Virus record (IMG/VR): IMGVR_UViG_3300033463_000051
Span: 37,083-101,082 of that record
Length of the DNA stretch: 64,000 nt
Direction: 5' to 3' (one strand)
Origin: a virus
Taxonomy: Duplodnaviria; Caudoviricetes
How positions within the stretch are numbered: the stretch's first letter is position 1; each line of letters opens with the position of its first letter. Positions 58,622 through 64,000 of this stretch are shown piece by piece. Below the pieces are notes generated by a model that was not told the DNA's origin, made no database searches, and saw only the letters and a program-made list of their open reading frames with translations. The translations under genes were made by a program, and so were the position numbers.

Positions 58622-60464
58622 ATTTGCTCCTTTCTCCTTTCGAGCAGAACCAGTTGTCATCTACCCAGCCACCCACGATTTCATAGCAGTAAACCATGCC
58701 CGGCTGATCATACTCCTTCTCGTGATGTCGGCAATCCTTGCACCGCACCAGCTCCCGTATCCATTTACCCTCTAGGGTGTTTTGTTCTCCTTCTTCCTGA
58801 AATCCCGCACACTTTATGCTATATTCAAGTACGGCTGAATAGTCGATGTGATGATCGCAATATACGCTATATGCATATAAGGATCCGTCATTCCTTTTTT
58901 CAACGTCTTCGACAAATTCCGTTCCGTAATCATATATATCGATGTTGTCTTTCTTATCCTCATTGATTTTTGCTAAAATGTATGTTCGTATTTGATCTTC
59001 TGTACCAAAAACACGTTCAAAAGAAATACTCTCTCCGTCCGAACTGCAACGGCCGAAAATCCATGTTTTATCTTCTGCGTTCATTATAAAACCCCCGTAT
59101 ATTTATTCACTATATACAACCCCTTGCTTATAAAAAACCGCCGGAAGCGAAGGGGATAACACTTCCGGCGGCCTCTTGCTTAGGCAATCCTTACCAGACC
59201 ACCAAAGCGTTCCTGTACCGCGATGCTTCCGAATTCGGAAAACCACGGTATATCATAGTTGTGAGTCCAGGTCATTGCATACCCGTCTCTCACGTCCTCG
59301 TTGTCCATTTCCCACTCCTCTTCGTAATCACTCACGAACAGGAAAGAGTCCATCTTCATGTCCTCGACATGACTGCGGACTACCATATAAACCAGTGCAT
59401 TGAACCTCTCTTCAAATTCCCGCACCAGTTCTTTCTGCTCGTCATTGAGCCAGTACAAAGCCCCGAGAGGCGGCTCACTCGTCATGACTGTTCCGTCATT
59501 CTTAAACTGCCGTATCGCATCGGGAATGATCCCGAGCGTCTTCATGCGTTTGATCGCTTCCTGCATCTTGCGTTCTCTTGATATATTCATTCAGAAACCT
59601 CCTCGTTGTAATATCTTGAACCCATGCATACTCTTGGGGAAAGATCTATCCACGATTCATATCTGTCAATAATTGAAAAATCGTGGGCACTGTCGCCGAC
59701 TCTTGACTTATCAATGTAATAACCGCAGTGTGCACAAATAACGTCGCCGTTTTCAAGGAGAATACCGCCACATACAAGGTCGTTAATATTGTCTAGAATG
59801 ACGACCTGCCTTGCATAACTTGACTTCGCTGCCATTAGACACCTCACTTATAAATCGGGTTATCCGCATCGTCAAAAACTATGCAGTCGTACGGATACTC
59901 CTCAAAGAATTCCTCGCCGTTTTCATCTTCGAGGAACATCGGTCTTCTTACCGGAAGCCCGTGCTTCCGTGATATGTATTCGAGCATGTGCTCCTTAATG
60001 TCTTCGCAAACCGCATCGAACTCAACGGGATTGTACATTCCGTCATCGATGTAATCGTCGCAGGCAACTGCGAGAAAACCAAAAACCGCATCGTTGAGCA
60101 TCTCTTCTCTGTCTTCTATGATTCCCTCAAGTTCCTCACGCTCGTAGTTTGCGTAATTCAGATAATCATCTTCCTCGTCTTTCGCATCTAAGAGGAGGCT
60201 TATTACCTCGTCCGTGAGAAACTTCTCATAGACTTCATTGACCGTGGTCGTACAGTCATATTCGCTGACTACATCTTCCTCAAAAAACTCAACATCATCG
60301 ACTGTCACAAGAATGCTTGCTTTTCCTCGCGATTCGGTCACATAGATTCTGATTCCGTAATCGTCTTCCCTCGCGATTTCGTGAATGGATGCTTTCCATC
60401 CTGCGACATTGGTCTGATAATATCTCCAGACCTCGTCTGCCGGTACTGTTATCACTGCCGCCAT
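58605..60464 (-). other. Hypothetical genes (58605-59084, 59180-59590, 59587-59847, 59844-60464)
   Basis: Contiguous minus-strand ORFs with SD sites. Confidence 0.55.
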
Positions 60465-60652
60465 AAAAACCTCCCCTTTTATTCGTAGGTGTATCCTTCA
60501 TCTATGAGAAACTCGAGAAAATCCCGAGAGAGCAACTGAAGCCCGTGATAGTTTGTGAGAGCCTGAAGAACCTCTTCGCCGGACAGGTCACATAAAACGT
60601 CCCATGCCTGCTCTTGATAATCCATCATGTAATTGTATGCGTATGCCATCTC

Positions 60653-61240
60653 TCAAGTCCTTTCCAGTTTTCCCGTGCTTCTCCTGTAATAGAGAACCCG
60701 CTCACCGAGCCTGTCTTCCGGAGAAACCTCACTGCCGTTGATACTCTTGACCATATCGGTCAATTCCGCAGGGGTTATCTTACCCTTGTCGGGAAGAACA
60801 AGAACCTCGTGTACAGAGGACGGAAGCACATAATAATCCGCATCGAAAATCTCCGCGATACGCTCTTTAATACCCGGCAGAAATAACGCTGCCGCACCGA
60901 AAACCCTGTCTTCTGTAGTAAGGCAACAAAACCCGCCATCGTCAACATACTCTGCGTTTCCCGTGAAAAGGTTCGTCGTCTCATCGCCGAACAAAAACCC
61001 TGCGATTGTGTTCAAAACAGGCTTGCACCAAAGCCTGAAATTCCTCTCTGCATCATCCATGATTTTCCCCACGGTAATATCCGAATTACCCATGTTCCAG
61101 GGAATTGGCGTTGCGGCATAAACAGCCAGGGCATACCCGCAGTCAACAGGCTTGTAGAAAACCGGATTGAAAACCCTGTCCTCGTATTCCATATCCACGA
61201 GCCTCATCCTTAACGATTTGCGAAACTCCTCGTAATTCAT
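60653..61240 (-). CDS. DUF5688-like protein
   Basis: LTT...GAAAL...YYVLPSSVHEVLV...MVKSIN...L...V.YY. Confidence 0.65.
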   Translation of the reverse strand: MNYEEFRKSLRMRLVDMEYEDRVFNPVFYKPVDCGYALAVYAATPIPWNMGNSDITVGKIMDDAERNFRLWCKPVLNTIAGFLFGDETTNLFTGNAEYVDDGGFCCLTTEDRVFGAAALFLPGIKERIAEIFDADYYVLPSSVHEVLVLPDKGKITPAELTDMVKSINGSEVSPEDRLGERVLYYRRSTGKLERT

Positions 61241-61620
61241 ATAAAATCCCCTTTCATTTTATAAAACCCACACAGGAAACCAGCGTGGTGTTTTTACTGA
61301 ACTTGACCTTGTTTGCGAATTTCCTCGCCATATACTCGGAATCAAAAGCCCGTGTAAGTTTGACTCCCGATGCGTTCACTATAAAGTTGACCCGATAAAA
61401 ACCCTGCGTATCATCTCCCGCATAAACCGTATTGGCATGAGTCATAAAACCCCTACCTTTCAAGCGATGAAAAAAAGGCATCCACCTGACGGCGAAAACC
61501 CTTTATGTGTCTGTATGCGATTCGGTATAAACCCTCGACAATCACGAGAGCCAAACAAAGCCCGCCCACTGCGAGCAGGATCAGAAACGCTCCGTGTAAC
61601 ATTTCAAAAATCCCTCCGAT

Positions 61621-62157
61621 TCAAAAACCCGACGCTATGCAAAAGTCATAACGCTCTATGATGTCATCTATAAAATCCGTGGCAGGATTGTAGATACAGT
61701 ACGATTCATATCTCGCACCGACTTGAAAACCCGGTGTATGTGCATAGGTTATGTAATACCCCTCATCCGTGATTCCCTCGCCGTTTTCCCCGACGCAAGT
61801 TCCTCTGATTATCTCAATGATGATTTTCCCGTTCCGATTGACTATCGTTTCAGCGGTCAGGTCTGCAAACTCATAAACCTCAACCTCGTCATCGGCGGAA
61901 AGCCCCGCGAATTCGAAAACCATGTCGATGTTCGCGGGGGATTCCGGCTTATCATAAACCCACTTATTGCAGGCACCACCATTTCCCGCAATAGTAGATT
62001 CCTCAAAAGCCTCGGGCTCGCAGATTTCCTCGACATACACAGCCTCATCGATTGACGAAGCAGCCTCGGAAACCTGAGAAACCGGAGCAGCATTCAGCGT
62101 AATGGCGAAAACCCCAGCGATTACGCCGGCTATTACCCCATTGATCAGAAACCCCAC
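61621..62157 (-). CDS. Exported/membrane-anchored hypothetical protein
   Basis: N-terminal hydrophobic segment. Confidence 0.5.
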   Translation of the reverse strand: MGFLINGVIAGVIAGVFAITLNAAPVSQVSEAASSIDEAVYVEEICEPEAFEESTIAGNGGACNKWVYDKPESPANIDMVFEFAGLSADDEVEVYEFADLTAETIVNRNGKIIIEIIRGTCVGENGEGITDEGYYITYAHTPGFQVGARYESYCIYNPATDFIDDIIERYDFCIASGF

Positions 62158-62624
62158 CTTTCAGAATTCCCACGCAATGGAGAACTTCCCATTGCAATAA
62201 ACCTCGACTTCCATTCCCTGCCGATACCAATCGACAGCCTCGTTGTGATTCTCGGTTACCTCGCCGGTAGCCCTGTTGAGATAAAAAACCTCACGATTTG
62301 CCATAAGAACCCCCCTTTTTTAAGCAAATACCCGTGAAATCGGGAACATAGCCTGATGTCCGGAACCCCACCGAACCGTTACCGATTCAGAGCCCGGTCG
62401 TGCGAACATCCACGATTCGTCGGAAAACCTCGCAATGAATTTGCCATTTTCCTTGTCGTTGAAACGCTTGACAGAAAGCCCGAAAGCCCTCGCATAGCAT
62501 TCCGTTGCCTGTTTAAAATCGCCATAACTCATAATCATGTCCCCTTTATTTGTATTTAAGAGCATAATGAAACGCACGAGATAACTCGTGCGTTTGATAC
62601 ACTCTTAAGTGGAAATCCGGCGGA

Positions 62625-63374
62625 TTACTTGTTCATCTTATAATCCAGACCGTAGGAAGCCCCCGTAACTATGCGGTGGCAGATATCCATGATATAACCC
62701 CTCATGTACTTGTGATTCGCACAAACTACCGTAAGGGCTGCCTTGCCCTTTTTGCTATAAACGCTCTTGAGGTAGTTAACATCGTGCGATACCGCCTTAT
62801 ACTCCTCACCGATCATCGCATTCACGATTAACTGAAGAGTCTTGAGAATGCTTGTGTTGCTCGTCGGAGTCTTGCCGAGATTGATATCCCTAGAGATATC
62901 GTTCATGTAATAGCAATCCCTGACCTTTTTCGGGTCAAGCCCGAGAAGCATGGCTTTCTGGGCAGTCATGAGCATGTTGAGTTTCTCAACCATGTAAACC
63001 CAGTTCTTATCCTTGCCGATAGAACCGCAATACTTATGAAGCCTGAGCAGGTCAATCTGCTTTGCCTTAGGCACTATACTGAATACCTCGAAAGCAGTAT
63101 CTCCCTCACCGCGGGTTTCACCTTTTACCGCGATAGTCTGGAAAGAATAAGTCGTGACGGCAGCGAGCATAGGGTCACCCGTTGCCTTGCAGTTCTCGAA
63201 GCATACCACGCTTGCCAGAGAAGTATACTCATTGATCGTTTTGGTCAAATCCTCGTATACCTTTTCCGCCTCAGAAAGTTTCTCATTCTGAAGCAGGTCA
63301 TTATACTTCTGTACACTTTCCTCAGCCTGAGCCTTGAGAACTGCCATTTTCTCGATTCTCTCATTGTTCGTCAT
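62625..63374 (-). CDS. Hypothetical protein
   Basis: 249-aa ORF with strong SD. Confidence 0.7.
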   Translation of the reverse strand: MTNNERIEKMAVLKAQAEESVQKYNDLLQNEKLSEAEKVYEDLTKTINEYTSLASVVCFENCKATGDPMLAAVTTYSFQTIAVKGETRGEGDTAFEVFSIVPKAKQIDLLRLHKYCGSIGKDKNWVYMVEKLNMLMTAQKAMLLGLDPKKVRDCYYMNDISRDINLGKTPTSNTSILKTLQLIVNAMIGEEYKAVSHDVNYLKSVYSKKGKAALTVVCANHKYMRGYIMDICHRIVTGASYGLDYKMNK

Positions 63375-63868
63375 TTGTAAAATCTCCTTTTCAAAATTTT
63401 GAGCAAAAGCCCATAAGCAAACACACCAGACAAGGATAAGAATTTTCGCAATATCCGGCTCCTAAGAGCACAAACACCTCGGTGGGAATCTTGCGAATCA
63501 TACAAATCCCTGTTCTGATGTGCTTGATATAGGCTTGTTCGTAAAACGAACTCAAAATCTCAAAAAGGCGATAATCGCCCGATACCCAGAATTTACGAAT
63601 CTGGGCGATACGACCTAATTTCACATCTAACTCGGTTTAACTCTAGGGGTTTTCACTATCCGAACCATAAGCCTAACTCTTATGCTCCTAGCGACGCCTT
63701 GACTGTTTACAAGGTTAACCATTTTCGGCAAATGATAGCCCCGCCGACATAACCTCGACGGTGGGATATGAATACGGATAAACCGCAATCATCAGAACAA
63801 ACCTCTAACCTACCAACAAATGCAAAAAACTGCATAATTGACTCAAACCGCCCAGTCTTCGGTTCACT

Positions 63869-63898
63869 AACCGAACCGAACCGAACCGAACCGAACCG
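63869..63898. repeat. (AACCG)6 tandem repeat
   Basis: Six perfect pentamer copies. Confidence 0.95.
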
Positions 63899-63935
63899 CT
63901 CGAACCGCCTATAATCGCAAAGGGGCAACTAACGC

Positions 63936-63966
63936 AAAAAAAAGTCCCCCCTAAAGGGGGGACTTT
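63936..63966 (-). terminator. Intrinsic terminator
   Basis: aaagtcccccc-taaa-ggggggacttt with a U-run on the minus strand. Confidence 0.75.
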
Positions 63967-64000
63967 GTAGTCCAAAAACTGCGTCTGCGACAAGGCGATT

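Overview
This is a 64 kb segment of a large temperate tailed phage, probably siphovirus-like and infecting a Clostridia/Bacillota host (inferred from the SSB, sigma-A promoters, strong SD sites and Tn916-type Int/Xis). 1-17.8 kb (+): tail and adhesin genes and a lysis cassette. 17.9-19.75 kb: an intact attP-like repeat region with int/xis. 19.9-36.2 kb (-): nucleotide metabolism, replication and recombination genes (dut, nrdG/nrdD, PhoH, ClpP-like, dnaE split by a group I intron with an HNH gene, primase, DnaB, nuclease, SSB, ERF, tRNA-Gln). 36.3-39.2 kb: a candidate lysis/lysogeny switch (MrpR-like, MazF-like, CI/LexA-like, face-to-face promoters, candidate sRNA). 39-64 kb (-): accessory genes. 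Main finding: a retron-type reverse transcriptase (51922-53064) with FOUR separate retron-like ncRNAs (53091-53378, 51623-51910, 46435-46733, 46085-46407). Each has its own terminal inverted repeat and a G in the branch position. All share a two-hairpin msr-like head (a 41-nt block is near-identical in three), but their msd-like bodies are unrelated and no recognisable effector gene is present. The distal ncRNA pair is preceded by a 46-nt mini-tRNA-like element and an anti-Shine-Dalgarno-rich stem-loop. Directly upstream of the RT is an apparently complete ubiquitin-like conjugation cluster (Ubl, E2-like, JAB, E1/ThiF). All calls come from reading motifs by eye; no searches or folding programs were run.
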